This document shows, piece by piece, positions 16,757 through 35,301 of a stretch of 64,000 bases of DNA (positions are counted from its first letter, which is position 1; every line of letters begins with the position of its first letter). The notes beneath the pieces were generated by a model. That model was not told the origin of the DNA. It ran no database searches and saw nothing but the letters and a program-made list of their open reading frames with translations. Made by a program: the position numbers and the translations under genes. The stretch lies in assembly GCF_009914755.1 (NCBI RefSeq), contig NC_060936.1; one strand, given 5' to 3'. Origin of the DNA: the human T2T-CHM13v2.0 reference genome, Homo sapiens.

Positions 16757-17474
16757 TTCTTTTTTTTTTTTTTTTTTTAAAGGACCAAAAGAAGGCCAGT
16801 GTAGTTAGAGCATGAGGAACTAGAGGGAAGAGTGAAATGAGATAAGGTCAGTGGGCCAGTCAGAGAACAGATTATACAGGTTTATTCAGGGAATTTAAAT
16901 TTTATTTTAATAAAATTGCCTGGCACGTGGGCAGCTTTTGGGGTGTTTAAACATGGAGACATTTGTGTTTTTAAAAGTATGACTCTGGTTGTGGAATGGA
17001 TTATTTGAAGACAGAATGGAAGAGGGACCCAGGTGTTAGAATATAGATGAGAGATGATGTCACTTGAAACAGCATGGTGGGAGCAGCAGAAATGGAGGGA
17101 AATGGTTGGATTCTGGATATATTTTGTGGGTCAAATCAACAAGACTTCCTGATGGATTAGCTGTAGAGTGAGGAAAATAGAGGAATCAAGGCTGATTCTC
17201 TGAGCTGAACTGAAATGGTAAAGCAAGAGGGAAGAGCGGGTTTAAGGTAGGGAAATCAAGAGTGGTGTTTTGGAAATGTGAGATTCAAGATTCTTGTTAG
17301 ATATCTTAGAAGATATATTGAGGAGTCAGTAACTGTGTCACGATTAGATTTTTATTTACCTCTGTTTCTTAACTATTTTTAAAACTGAACTGTTATTAAG
17401 GAATCTAAGGAATTTTCAAGCTTGAAAGAATTTCAGGCTAGCCAATTTGAGATTCATAATGGCAATAAAATTCT

Positions 17475-18351
<877 letters not shown>

Positions 18352-20052
18352 TTAGAGTCCAGAACTTGCCCACCCAATCACTTTTGTGTCAGATTTACAT
18401 TAATTGATTTTTTTATGTGTTGTAATACTATATATTTTTGTTTCCTGTCTTCACTGGTTGAAGTGGTATCTTCTGTAAATAATATTTGTGTTTTAATTTC
18501 ACTAATAAATAATTAGGTGGATGGGATTTTTCCCATCCTTATGAATGAACTCATTTATTGCCCTGAAAGCCTCTCTTTGATTTTCCTTTTATCTTGAGCT
18601 AATGCAAAAGTTAGCAGTATGAACAAAAGAACCATTTTTTCTTTCATTTGTTTTAATAGATTTTTCTATGAGGAGCCAAGGAAAGAAAGGATCCATAGGT
18701 TGTGGAATGTTAGAGCTGAAAAGGCCTTCCAAAATCATCTTGTTTGCCTTCCTCAATTTACCAGTGAGGAAATTGTGTTTTTATTCCTAATGAAAATTTG
18801 CGTGTGTATGTTGTTTCTCTTTGGAGTTGAAGTTGTTTGCTGAAAAAGAGAATCTATATGCAGTACTGTCCCTTGCTGCCAATTTCACGGTTAATGTATA
18901 CTACACATGGGAGCTAGAAAAGAAGGGGGATAGATAAGAGTTATAGAGAACTGCAGTTTTGAGACTGAAATTAAAGGCAAAATATTGATATCTTCACATG
19001 ATTTGAGGAGTTCCATATGCTGATTTTTTTTGTTGTTTGGAGAAAGGACTCATTTCTTAAAATTTTCAGTTTTGAAGTTGAAACATCTGAACTGTAGACT
19101 GCAACCTTCTGGATAATTCTAGTAATATCTTAATTGTGTCACTTTCACAGACATTATCTCATTTGCTTCTCAAAACTATACTCTGAAATAGAGCAGATAT
19201 GATTTCTTTTTGAAAGTAGACGAAAATAGGATTTAGAAAGGTTAGTTTAGGAATTTGCCCAAGGTAACATGACAAGATGAGAGCATGTGCTAAGTCTTCT
19301 GACTGCTCTTTCTGCCGAACAAAGCTGCCTTTATGAGAATTGGCACCAGATTGACTTAATGTTTCTGAATTCCAAACTCAGTCCCTGAGTTGTTTATATT
19401 GAGCCTAGAGGTTAGATTCAACAGTTGGTCTTGTTTTTTGGCAGAAGTTGTTGCAGACCTCGTTTTCTGTTAGGCCAGGGTAATTTTGCTTCTCAGATGT
19501 GTTCTAACTTTGTAATGGGTTTTCTGTTTATTTTGAAAGCAAATAGAACGAATATATCATAGTACAGTCATTCACATTTCTAACAATTTTGCATCATTTT
19601 CTTTGTTTTTTTCCCTCTTTTAGAAGATGCAGATCTTAACTAAATTGCTTAGGCTTCATTTAAAACATTATGGGAGCCCTTAGGCTCTCTTAAGTTGTGG
19701 AGATTGGCATTCACATGCCAATCATGAATAAGGATCAAAGTAAAATAGGAAAAGCAGCAGGGGTGTCTCGTTTTTTATTAAGTGGAATTCTGAATTTATA
19801 AAGTAAGATTTAAGGTAATTATGTGCATTACAGACTGTGGTATCTTTTTGTACAAGTCTTTATTTACTGCCAGGTTTCTTTAAATCAATAAACCTATTAG
19901 GAGTGCCCACCTGATCACATATTGCCCTTTATAGAAAACTACAAATGCCAGGATTTTATTCCAGGCCTGCTGAATCAGAATCTTTGGGTCCTGGGTATAT
20001 TTTTTTTGTTTCACAAGTAAGATGCTCACTACTGTTTAAAAACCTCCTTCCT

Positions 20053-20446
<394 letters not shown>

Positions 20447-20627
20447 TTATTTATTTTAAATAAGTATTTTATTTAAAATAGTTAATGTATTAAAAACTTC
20501 TTAGCAACATGCTTTGCAAAGAAATCTTAACACATTCTCTGAAGATTGTTAGGGAAATAAAGTTAGATTTATTTACTGTTTGTTAAAGGAAAATATCACA
20601 TTTACTCACAGTTGACTCTTAAAACAT

Positions 20628-21890
20628 TTTTTTTTGAGATAAATTTTACATACCATAAAATTAACCCATTTAAAGTGTACAATTTAATGGTTTTATTAGT
20701 CACAGGGTTGTACAACCATCACTTCATTCTAACTTTAGGACATTTTTATCATCCCCTAAAGAAACCTTAACCCATTTGCCATCACTTCCCATCTCTACCC
20801 CCAACCCTAGGCAACCTCTAGTCTACTTTCTGTCTCTATGGCTTTGTCTAATCTGGACTTTTAAATAAATGGAAGTGTAAGGCATGTGGTGTTTTGTATC
20901 TAGCTTCTTTTACTTAGCATAATGTTTTTAAGTTTCATCAATATTGTAGTATGTACCAGTACTTCATTCCTCTTTATGACTGAATAATATTCCATTGTAT
21001 GGATATACAGGGGTTCTTTCTTATTTGTGGTTTCACATTCTGTGGTTTCAGTTACCCCTGGGTCAACTGAGATCTGAAAATATTAAATGGAAAATTCCAG
21101 AAATAATTTCTAAGTTTTAAACTTTGTGCTGATCTGAGTGGTGTGATGAAATCTCTCACCTTCCTTGCCCTGTCCTGCCTTACCCAGGAAATGAATCATC
21201 CCTTTGTCCAGCATATCCATGCTGCAGATGGCTGGCTACTTAGTTACTTAGTAGCCTTCTGGTTATAAGGTCACAGATCACAAGAAGCGTGAGTGCAATA
21301 CACTAAGATATTTTGAGTGAGAGAGAGAGCATATTCACATAACTTTTTTTTACAGTATATTGTTATAATTGTTCTATTTTATTATTGGTTGTTAATCTCT
21401 TACTGTACCTAATTTATAAATTAAACTATGTTATAGGTATGTATATATAGGAAAAAACACAGCATATATAGGGTCCAGCAGTATCCATGATTTCAGGCAT
21501 CCACTAGGGGTCTTAGAACATATTTCCTGTGGATGGGGGGAAACTACTGTACTATAGTTTATCCAATAATGAGTTGATGGACACTGGATTGTTTCCACTT
21601 TTCGACTGTTGCAAATAATGTTGCTATTATCATTCATGTAGAAGCTTTTGTATGGATGTGTTTTCATTTCTGTTGGGTATATACTCAGGAGGGATTTTTC
21701 TGGGTTATATGTTAACTCTGTGTTTAACATTTTGAGAAACTACCAGACTGTTTTTCATAGCAGCTGCACCAGTTTATATTCCCACCAACAATGTGTGGGG
21801 GTTCCACTTTCTCCACACCCACACTAACTATTGTTACTATATTTTGAATATAACTATCCTAGTGGGTGTGAAACGATATTTCATCATAGT
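20628..21890 (-). mobile_element. L1M 3'-end fragment split by MER44
   Basis: ACCCATTTAAAGTGTACAAT, GAATAATATTCCATTGTATGGAT, ATTCCCACCAACAATGTG. Confidence 0.75.
21008..21549. mobile_element. MER44-family (Tigger7-derived) element
   Basis: TA-flanked; TGTGGTTTCAGTTACCC...GGTCAAC and TTTCAGGCATCCACTAGGGGTCTTAGAAC...ACTACTG|TA. Confidence 0.8.
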
Positions 21891-24003
21891 CAGTTAGCTC
21901 TTGAGCTTTTATGAAGAGACCTGCCTAGGTTAACTTTAGCTCAGGATTTTAAGTATTAACCTCTTTGAGGAATTTGGAAATAGAAGCTAAATTCAAACTT
22001 ACTATAAAACTCAAGTTGTGTCAATTTCACTTCAAATGGTCTCCTCATCATCTGTTCTGCCATTACTTTAATCTAAGCCACCACCATCTTCCATCTGGAA
22101 TACACCTGACAGGACTTCTGTTTTGTTTCTTGTGCTGTCCAATATATTCTTCGCACAGTTCCTAGAGAGAGCTCTTAAAAATATAAAGTTTATTATGCCA
22201 TTCCCATTTAAGAAATTCATTTGTTTCCCATTGCACTTATGGTACAATCCCAAATTCTTTCTATAACCTTCGGGATCCTGCGTGATCTCACTGCTGCCCT
22301 ATCTGGCCAACTTCATTTCAGGACATTCTTCTCCATGTTCATTGAGCTGCAGCCGCATTGGCCTTATTTCAGTTTCTTAAACAGGCTGGGCTCTTTCCAG
22401 CTTCAGAGCCTTCAAACATGGCTCTTTCCTCTGCCTGGAGTGTTGTTACACCCACACCTCTGGCTAACTGCTGCTCATCCTTCAGTATTCAGGTTAAGTT
22501 CTCTACTTCCACTTCATTCTATTTCAAGTTTCCCATTGTTATCTTTAATTACCTTTTATTTTCCATTACAATGCGTATCATGACATATATTTGTGTGACA
22601 TATATTTATGTTTATAAACATATATATAAAACATATTTTATAAAAATTTATAATTGTTTAATAATTGTTTTTGCTTGTAGACTCTTCAGTTCCATGGTGT
22701 AAGAATCTTGCCTTTTTGTTTTCCTCTGATATCCTCAGAGTCTAACCTGGTCTTTGAGTGGCATATAACAAATAGTTGTTGAATGAATTTATCAGCAACA
22801 AATATAAAGTTCTGTGTCTAAGTGGTTTCAAGTAGTTTCTTTAAAGAGATGTACAAAAGGAGCACGTGGGGACGTATACTATTTAGATGCTTAGGGAAGC
22901 TTAACTAATCTACTTCTTTAATCTTAGAATAAATGCATTCTTATCAGGAGAATAATGATAGTTCACTTTTATTGATCTTTTACAATGGATGAAGTAATTT
23001 TTTGAGCTCATTTGAATATGTTATTCGTTCCTAAAGTAGCCTTTTAGAATAGATATTATTAGAATCTGTTTTACAGATGAGGAAACTGAGGTTTCATGTG
23101 AATGTATGTGTATTGTACACTGGGACTCTTGTCATGGGGATGATATACTTTTTCTCTTCAAAGGGGCAGGGTTTTCTTTTCATTGGTTTATTGTAAAAAG
23201 TGCGATATGGCAATTTCAATGGTTATTTGCCTTTAATACATTTTAAAATACATTATTTCCATAGATGATAAGAATTGTGGAAAAAGAGACCCTGTGATAG
23301 GTGATAGTGATCCATTGTAGTTGTGGAATTGGCTCTCAAGTAACATTAAATAAAATACCTGTGTGTACAGTTAGATTACGTTTACCTGTGCATAGGAATC
23401 CCTTCCTTATTTGAGGTGTTGGAGAGGTTAGTCTCTTTGGTTCCTTATGAAGCAGGATGGATTTTTAGAAAGAGTATTAGAAACTAAATACTTTAAAATT
23501 GAAATCTCTGCAGTAGGAATCTGTATTTTTCACAAGTTCCCCTATGTGATTGTGAGGCACACTTAATGATGGAGAGCCAGTGATCACAGTTTTCTTTTCA
23601 TAATGCATATACGGAAGTTCCAGACCGGTAGGAATTACATCAGGGTAAAGCTGGGCCTAGAGGAGGTGGGTGTTTCTTCTTTTGTAAATGCAGTATGTAA
23701 TAGTATGCCTCTTGTCTCACAGGGTTGTAATGATAATAACTTAGTGCATGTAAAGCAGTGGTAACACTGCCTGGTACAGAGAAAGCACTTAATAAATGTT
23801 AGATGTAGCATATCATTGGAGGTGTATATTTGTGTCAAAAAGAAAAGACTTCCTCTGTTATATCAAAAGGACAAAGTTAATCTTTCTTTATTTCTTTTTG
23901 TTTTTATTAGATTTGTATTTATCTTATAAAAAATAGATTGGTGGTTATCTGTCTCCACTCACTTGAACATGTTTATTCTCTGCATCCAAAATAGTCCAGG
24001 AAT

Positions 24004-24297
<294 letters not shown>

Positions 24298-24864
24298 TTA
24301 CACATATAATGTATATTCCAAGAATATTGTATTTGTGCAATATTTAAGTAAAGAAATGAATGATTAAACCTGAGTTTTAGTCCTGGCTGTACTGCCAGCC
24401 AGATGTGTGACTTTGGCCAATTTTCTTGATTTCTTTGGGTTTCATTTTCCTTACATTAAAATGGAGATGTTTAACTGGGTGATAAACATCTAAGATTTTC
24501 TTATCCTCAAAATTTCTGTGGTCCCCGACACTATATTAATACTTTTTTGTAATGGGATAAAAAATGAGTGAGGGTCATAGTTTACTTTTTTCATAAATCA
24601 ATCCAGTTAGGTATCTTTGCTTAAGCAGCCCTGTTTAATGCCTTCTTTGATCACTTTTATCGTGCCTGGTTTTATTTAGTGAAGCCATTTCTGTGGACTA
24701 GTAAATAATTTTGAAGGAAATAGTTTGGTAAAAGGAAAAAAGCAGGGTTTTGTACTCAGAGTGACCTAAATTTGTATCCCTGATCTCTTCTGTATCATTA
24801 TTTTTCAAACTTCTGTGTAAGAGGACCCTTCAAAGAAAAACAACAAAAACCTTATTAAAGTATT

Positions 24865-24866
<2 letters not shown>

Positions 24867-24900
<34 letters not shown>
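24867..24900. repeat. (AC)17 microsatellite
   Basis: Direct count. Confidence 0.95.
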
Positions 24901-24902
<2 letters not shown>

Positions 24903-27288
24903 AGATATATTGTAAGTGGATAAACTTTTATAAACTAGACACTCCTGTATAACCAGCACTCCTGGAGGTCTCTTTATTACCTCCTCATAGTAACTGCCTA
25001 TTCCCACTCCCCCAAAGGTAACCATTACCCTGACTTCTAATGGCATGGATTAATTTTGCTTGTTTTTATACTTTATCTCATTGTAATCATTCCATATGTA
25101 CTCTTGTATCTGGCTTCTTTTGCTCAGTATGATGTTTGTGAAATTCATCTGTATTTTCTGGGTATAGCTGTAGATTATTCATTTTTATTGGTCTGTGTTA
25201 TTTCTTTATATTACTGTACCAATTTTTATTTTATTTATATGAAGGCAATCTGGGTTGTATCTAACTTGGGGCTATTATAAATAGTGTTGCTATGAACATT
25301 CCAGTACTTGTTTTTTAGTGAACAAATGTATGCACTTCCATTAGCTACATACCTGTGAGTGGAATTACTGCGTTAGGAAGATGATCCCATTCTCCCTTTA
25401 AACATCAAAAATATTTAACAGACCTCACTACATGATACTCACATTTTAAATATTAGTTTGAAAAAAATACATGATAGAAATTGGCTATGAATTCAGTTCA
25501 TCTTAAGTGAATTTGTATTTTGTGATTCACGCAGCACCTACATGATTTTAAAGTAGTTACACCTACTTTATGAATATGAGACATTTATTCAGTCTACAGA
25601 TTACATTTAATGTGCATATACACTTGCATAATTTTTGAAGTAATTAGCCAAGATAGTGGTGTTAGGTTGGGAATTAAGGTACTACTTAAAGCTGTGTACT
25701 TTCTCTTAGCTTCTGTTTCTTCATTTACCATGTTTGATCTAGATTTCCACTTAATAAAATGGGAATAGAAATATACTCATTTCAGAAAATTGTTATGAGG
25801 GTTTGATTAATTTGTAAAAAGCACTTAGTACAATGTCTGGCATGTAGTGTATAATAAATAATAATTGTTACTCTGTCCTTCCTTTATAATAGTACTTGAC
25901 TACTCCATAACTGTAGTAAGTCCTGATAAACACATCTTGAAGTTATCCACATATCTCAGCCACCCTTGATTTCAACAGCCTTTTCATAGAGGTGATTTCT
26001 AAATCTATCATCTTAGTGCAGTCTTCTTTTTTTTCCCCCTTTTTTCTTCTATAGCCTTCAAATGAGAAGTGCTTTCTTCTTTATTGGACTTGTAACCATT
26101 TCAAATTGAACTAATGTTAAACTAAGGTTAACTGTCCACTCCCCCATCAGCTTTTCCTTCTATTCTAATTTTCTAATCCTAATTTCTCTTAAATAGTACC
26201 AACTTTCTTTCAGGTACTCAGACTTGGTTCCTAGACTGTCAAGAGTGGAAGGGATCCCATCAGTCATTTAGTTTAGTAGACACATGGATGCTTTTAATCC
26301 TTCTACAAATGTTTTTAGTTTCTTTACCATGTGTTGGCACTTTGGACTTGAGAAGACATAGTTTTTGCCCTTAAGCAGCATGTAGTTTAGTTGGAGAGAC
26401 AGGTAAATCAGTACATTTGTGGTGAGTGCTGTGTGGTTTTATGCACAGATTACTATGGTAGTAACTCCAGTTGCAAATGGATTTAGCTAAGAAAGGACTA
26501 AAGGACATTTTAGACAAAGGGAACAGCAGATGTGAAGATTCAGAAGCAGATGTAATACGATGCCTGTAGGGAATAGTAATAATAATAGCTAATGTTTATT
26601 GAGTACACACTGGCACATACTGATGTCTGAACCTGAAAAATTTCTAGCATAGCTGGAATGAAAGGTCAAGGTGTATAGTGGGGTGGAGGATGTGGTAGTA
26701 AGTAAGACAAGACACCTGGGGCCTGAAATCTAGGTCTTTAGCCTCCTGGTCCAGTATTATGCCATCATTCAAATTTCTTTTTGCAATTTATATCAGTTTC
26801 AAATTTTGTGTAATGTTGTGTACTGGTTGAAATGATTAGACCATTGCCCCTAGGCCTCTGACCCTAAAGCCTGGACTCTTTTAACTATATTTGCTAAAGT
26901 ATATAGTTAGGAGGCATTCTGTAAGCTTTTGGACAAAAATATAAGAGAGGCATTTCAAACCAGGTTGTCCTGATCTTTATTTTTATGGCTCCCCTCTGCC
27001 TCCCTGCTCCCTTTCTGAGCTTTCAAGATATTAGGTTGAATAAAGAGATCAGCCTTTATGGTTGTCCTACTTTTCTTCTGCTCCAGATTCTTCTTTATAA
27101 ATTGGGAGATAAGGAACTTTTATTCATTCAACCTTCATATTCTGTTAAACTGGTTTACTTTAACCAAAATCAAGAATGCCACTATATAATAGTTTATTGT
27201 AAGAAAACTAACTTGTAAATAGACTCTTGTCAATCACTTCATTTTATTTTCATGGAGAAGCCTGCTTAAGAAATTCAATTAAGATTAG

Positions 27289-27688
<400 letters not shown>

Positions 27689-27909
27689 CTAGGCAGGCCA
27701 AAATGAATATTCATATAGACTAGATATTATAGTTATTCTTTTGGAGAATACTGGGTATACATCCATCAATACTTATTCTTCAGCTATCATTTTTTTTTGT
27801 AGATACCTTTGTTTCCACAAACCTCTTTGTTTTCATTTGTTAGTAATATCAGCTTGCTAATGCCCTTGCTACACATTTCCAATTTCTAAAGTTAAGGCTG
27901 GCTTCAACC

Positions 27910-28404
27910 TGTCAACTTGTAAAAAGACCATAAAAATCACCTGTTGATCAAACTAAGCCAGGTTTATTACATACTCCAGTAAGGGTGAACACTGCCCTAA
28001 AGAGTCCTAGAAGTATTTCAGAAAGAAAGTATTGGATATGGATATTTACAGGGTTTTGGGGTCTGGTTTCAAGTAGTTTAAGGAGATTTTACTTGGCCCT
28101 GTTCTGAGTTTGTGATAGAATTCTTAGACCAAGTCTTGATAAACAAATATTTGTTTGGTAAGTGAGCATGTTTGCCCAGTTGAGCAATGATTAAGGATCT
28201 AATTGAGCAGTCTGTTGTTCAGTTAAATGAATTTTTGAGAAATTCCTAAAGCTAATGATGAAGTTATTTACTGGTTTGCATTCTTACCTTCCTGGGCAAG
28301 AATTTCCGAGAACAAATAATAAAGTTCTGTTGATATAGGGGCCTTAGATCTTAGTCCTTATAATTAAGCTGTGTGAATGCAGAAGGTCTCAGTTCTCAAT
28401 GACA
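27910..28404. mobile_element. Possible solo LTR, family not assigned
   Basis: About 495 bp bounded by inverted TGTCA...TGACA; no target-site duplication seen. Confidence 0.35.
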
Positions 28405-29854
28405 TTTATAAAGGCAGACAGATTTTAATCAAAGGTTTACTGTCTCCAGCCCTGGATATTGTACCATTTCTTGACCTTTTTCATCTAATTGTGGATGGTA
28501 GATAGTATCATGATTGTGAGTCTTTGTGGCACTTCTTGTACTTCCACTAACATTTAAATACCTCATTTATGTTTTGCTACTTTCCTAAATGCCCCCGAAG
28601 CTCTAGATGAACTAGTCTCTTTTTCTCAACATGGCACTTTTGCTTTTCCCTCTTGGTTATTTTCCTTTATCTCATCTTTGCAAAATTTTTATTCTTCATG
28701 CAGGCTTTCCTGAGCCTCATCATGTTTATCTTTGAACTAGCTATACCTTTTTTTCTATGAAGTCATTTATTTGGCTAATTTAGCACTTTATTAGATTGTA
28801 AGTCCATGGAAGACAGAGACTATGTTTTATTCATCTTATTTTTAATCATCTAATAAATATTTGTTAAACTGAATTACTCTGTTGAATTGAGTTAGGCCAA
28901 AACCAATAAATACCCAATAGGTTTGTGAATTATTTTCATATTAGACTGATCTTAAAGACCTTTTATCTTTATCACTATGGTTCTCTGTCTTTCCAAAGGT
29001 AAAGTGTACTCTGGAAAATTCTCATTTTAGATTGCAGTTTGGACAGATCATCAAAGTCAAATGTTACTATGTTTTGAAATACAGTCAGCAAAGTTCTCAC
29101 AGATGGACTTTACTGAAAACAGATGGCGGGAGGGGGGAGATATTTCAAAATGTCTTTGTGCTCATTTCAAAGCATTGACCTCTACAAGTTTAAATATAGT
29201 TATTCATAGAAAAACCTGGAGAATTAAGTTTTATGCCTTTATTCTTGGCAGCTTTGGTTTTGTTTAATCTGTCACAATGTCATGTTTCTAGTCATAATTT
29301 TGTTGAGGGTGTGGTAAGGAGTATGACAACAGAAGCAGAACATAGCATGTATGTGATCATTGAATATAGATACAATTTATTGTTCAGAGAGGTATCTTTG
29401 GGTACTGTGGTTTGGTGGCTGTTGGATGGAAATTAGAAATAGTAATTTCACTCATAATAAAATAGTTATTTGGACTTAATATTGGAAGACAGAGACTATT
29501 TTAAATATAGCGTCTAGCATAGTCTTTCCAAGCCATCAGTATGTGACATATGGTATACCCTAGGGAAAGTATTTTTTTATCCTGTTTTAGCCAGTGTTTA
29601 ACTCTGCCACTGTATTCCTACTTTATCCTCTCTCTAACCCAGGGAACTGCATTTACCACCACCCACACCACGTGGATACCGCATTAGCAACTCCGTTAAT
29701 ACTTGAACACAATAAATAGTTAATTATGGTCTAGTATTTTAATTTATCCTTTGAGAACATATTTGTGAATATTCCTTTATACAAGGGTAGGAATTGGTCA
29801 TAGTACTTGATAAATCAACAGATTTATTAATACTTTGCCCTTCTGAAGGAAATA

Positions 29855-30480
<626 letters not shown>

Positions 30481-31343
30481 CTATCAGTAGTCTTATATGT
30501 AACCAGTTGCACTTAGCCTGATAATCAGAATTACTGATTGTGAGTAATCTCACTGATTACTTACTGAGTCACATTGATTCGGAGTGCAGTTTCATCATGT
30601 TTACTTAATGGTAGTATACATTAGCCATATTGTGTTTTATGTACATATCTGTAGTTTTGAAATGGCTGACAGTAATTTGTATGAGAATAAAGACTCTTTG
30701 TTTCTGTTTCTTTGGAGAATCAAATACATGTTGAATATGTGCAAATATCTGAGCTATTTTATATAACATAATTTTATATTTTAAAATCGGTCTGCTATAA
30801 TCATTTCAAGCTATTGCCCGTTTTCAGGTTTTATATAATTTTAATGGAATTTTGTCATTTTAATTTCGTGTTTAATTAGGCACAGCCCTCATTAACTTAT
30901 TGTTGAAAGTCTCCTAGAGCATTTATTAATTTAGCCATCATGTAAGTATGTTCCAGAAGCCATGGGGAAGAAGACAGACACTTAAAAATCTAGTTTAGGA
31001 AATGATACGCTAAAAATGTAAAATTCTATTAAACGTTAAATAAAACAGTATTAGTCAGTAAAAGAGCTGTAATCAGATATTACTGTCAAATGAGAGGCAC
31101 AGACTTAAGTGCTAAAGAAGTCAGAAGAAGTAGTCAGAAGAAACAGAAGTCAGAAGAAGCAATTGCTGTGGATTAGATAGGTTATGCAGTCTCTAATGAA
31201 AATTGGTTCTTGGTGGGGTAGGGGATGAAAAACTATTAAATACTACTATGGTTTGGAACCCCCCATAGGGCCACAGTACATAGATAGTATATCTGTGTTA
31301 TTAAAATTCATGGGGATGAGGAAAGCAATCTAAAATGTCCCAG

Positions 31344-31708
<365 letters not shown>

Positions 31709-33143
31709 GTCCCGGGGCTTGTGGGTAGCAGTAATGAAAGGTTGAGGAACACGAGTTTAGGATAGTTAAAGAAGGGTTTTAAATAGGAACTATGAAGGTT
31801 AGTCATTGAAGGATAGATGGTAAGTTTTAGGTAAACAAAGATGGAGAGGTTATTTTATTCAAGATGGTTTTCTTGGAGATTATGTGTTTTTATAAAATCA
31901 GACTGGGTGTATAACATGTCTCACATGCCGCATCATAGCCTCTAGTTAGTGTCTTATAAACTGAAGAATAGGAAAATTAAAATCTCAGAATTTCCTTTTA
32001 AACAAGATCAAATTTAAAGTGTTGTAGTAGATTACCCATTGCCTCTGTGTTCATTCTTACCAAGTAGTTTTTTGATTAGAGGTAGAGGATTTATTCATTT
32101 CTTTGTGCAGTCATGTTAGCAGTACTGTTTATCTAAACAGACTCTTGGTTACATACGGAATTATGGTTCTCTTGTGCTGTCTTATTCATTGAGTTAAAGA
32201 ATTATAGAATTTTTTTAGAGATGTAGAAGACTGTAGAGATTGTTTAAACTCCTCCATTGATACATAGGGAGAAAATGGACCTGCAGTGAAGATCCATTGA
32301 TGTTAGTGGTGGAGCTGGCCTCACCACTTTGGTCTCCTGACTTGCAGTCTACTGCCCTTCTTCTCACAATATCATTTTATCTAAACCAGTATGAACCTTG
32401 GTCTGGAGGCAGAAATTTTAATTTTAGTAATTTATCTCTTTAGACCATACCAGATTGTCACTTCTTTTTCCATTTCTCTAGACAAATCAGTCATTTTCTC
32501 CAGAATGTGGAAAGGCAGTGGGTTTTGGAGTTTGACTTTTCCACTTCAGCTTTAACCTTGGACAACTTACTTAACTTCTTTGCCTAATGCTCTTATATGT
32601 TAAATGGGAATGAGAATACTTACTTAATAAGGTGGTTGTTAGGATTAAGTTAGATGACCTATATATAAAGCCTTTTCCTCTGTGTTGGATATATTTAAAA
32701 AATTTATTAAATGTTTTTCTCCCCTTTCTTTCTCTGCCACTAGAGTACTTACCACATTGTGTATCACAGTTAGTTATTTTATGTGTCCCAGGTGCGAGTC
32801 TTGGAGGTTTTCCCCTTAGTAATTTCTCAACTTTATGTAATATTATTATGGGGTCTATGACATAATTTTTAAAAAACAAACCAGTAAAGCCAGGAATTTG
32901 CTACTGAAACAGAGATGCTGCTATAGTAGACAGTTAATTCATCTGTCAGAGAAGAATTGAGTACTAGTGTTCATTTTTAATACTAATAATTCTATAATAA
33001 ACTGACTTACTATATTGTTGATTCTTGTCTAAGGCCTTGTTTTGACCTTAAGAATTTCATTATAATTCCACAAGGGAAATGTATTGATTGTGTCATTTGG
33101 CTCCCAGTCTCTGTCCTTGACTGTTTCTGTGATTGCCTTGCAG

Positions 33144-33263
33144 AGCTCTGAGGAACATGAATACAGTGATGAAGCTCCTCAGGAAGATGAGGGCTTTATG
33201 GGCATGTCCCCTCTCTTACAAGCCCATCATGCTATGGAAAAAATGGAAGAATTTGTTTGTAAG
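33144..33263 (+). CDS. ADIPOR2: ADIPOR2 exon 3 (120 nt, phase 0-0)
   Basis: ttgcAG|AGCTCTGAG...TGTAAG|GTAAGA; encodes SSEEHEYSDEAPQEDEGFMGMSPLLQAHHAMEKMEEFVCK. Confidence 0.97.
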
Positions 33264-35014
33264 GTAAGAGTGCAGTTTCTTGTCATTGTCATGCTATATA
33301 TTTAGCCCTTCCAAAACAGAAACCTTTAAAGAGAGTGGTAGTACTATAGCCTTTGGTTTGCTTTGGGGAAGATCTGTGGCAAGATGGGGACAGAAGTGGT
33401 CTTGGGACTCTAATCCTGTTGAAGACAGAATACATTTGTTGGCTTGTAGTAGCCATGATAAAGCTCTGATAAAACTAGGATATCCAGCTGGGAAACAAAC
33501 ATTTCCTAATGTAGGTTAACAGAGTAAATGTCTTATTGGTGGTTTAGACAAACAGAATGAAACATAGTCAGAAGTGGTTGACGCCTGGAGATATGAAAAT
33601 GCCCTCCGCAGGTCCCTTAAATCTGTTCTGCTGAGTGACTGCAATGGCAAATGTACTGTTCTTTCTAGGGATTCTGTGAGTAATCAGGCTACTCTTGAGA
33701 GAGATTTTCCAGTTTCCATGTACATCTGGTATTTTCAGTTCAGCTGGTATACATTCTGTCTCTTAAGGTTTTTCTTCCAGTCCATTGTCTTGATTCCCTA
33801 GGACCTATTATGGGATTCTTTTTTTTTTTTTTTTTCTAAAATAGTAATTAGAATTGAGTTTGCCTGCTTAGAGAAAATAGACACACTGGTAAACTTGTAG
33901 GTACTTGATCAATCAGATCAATAAGGGCCCTGGCAGGTAGAATCTAATTAATGTAAGTCGATCAGTCTGTGTGTATACGTATGTGTATGTAAATTGATTT
34001 ATTAAACATTTCTGGAGAACTCTTTATTATTTAGAGAGAAATTTTTGTGACACTTAGCTTTTCATGGCTTTTATGAAACCAAAACTTTTTATGTACATGG
34101 TCTTAGATCCAGGAGACTAAATATAGGTTTTCTTACATTCACAATAATGCTGGAAATAATTGGGATCAGTGGACTTAGAATACTATTACTTTGGACCAGG
34201 GTATGAAAAGAGAACATTGTGATCTGAACATAGACATCCTTTCCAAGACTAAGGGTCCAGTGGGTTTTCAGGGGGAGTTTAAACATTTATGGGTCTGTAA
34301 TAGAAAATTTTAGCCAGTTTGAAAATGAGTGAAGAAACAACTGAACAGAACAATAGATTCATTCTAGTGATCACTGTCTCAGGAGAATTAGCACAAAGGG
34401 ATACAAAAGATTATTTTGTTTTTAAAATGCAAATTTGGTGTGAAGAAATCTCTCAAAGTTGGCAAATTTAGTATCTGGGCCATTAGGGGATTTTAATATT
34501 TAGAGATCAGCGGGGTACGGTAGCTGACTTAACTGCCTTTTTGTCCTCTCCCTTTCTGAACAGAGAACAAAGAATAAAACAAATAAAACTCTAAATTTAA
34601 CAGCAAATCAGAGAATAAATAGGGCAGGACATTTGTTTGCTACAAACTATGATCTTCTGAAGGAAAAGGAGTGTTGTAAATATCCCTTAGCAGTTTGTTG
34701 ATGACAGCAGAATGAAGAGGCATCCTGTTACACAGTGTTGTCTGGTGTGGCTCAACCCTGCCATGGCAGTGCAACTGACCACACTTGAAAACCAGCCGTG
34801 TCTAGTGGCACAGGGATTCTATTTCTTGGACTGGAAGCAAGTAAACAGAGACAGTTTAATATGAAATGTGCTGTGGATAATTTAGTCTTTAGAGTTTCCA
34901 CGTTTGATCTTGGTCACTCTTTTTTCCCCTAGACTTCAGTGTTTGCTATTTACCAGCATAACCAGGTCCATGTGGGAATAGGATGTATGCTATGGGGAGT
35001 TTATTTGTTTTTGA

Positions 35015-35301
<287 letters not shown>

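Noticed and set aside
31112-31160. Degenerate AGTCAGAAGA repeats
   Set aside because: Simple slippage repeat with no spacers; not an array.
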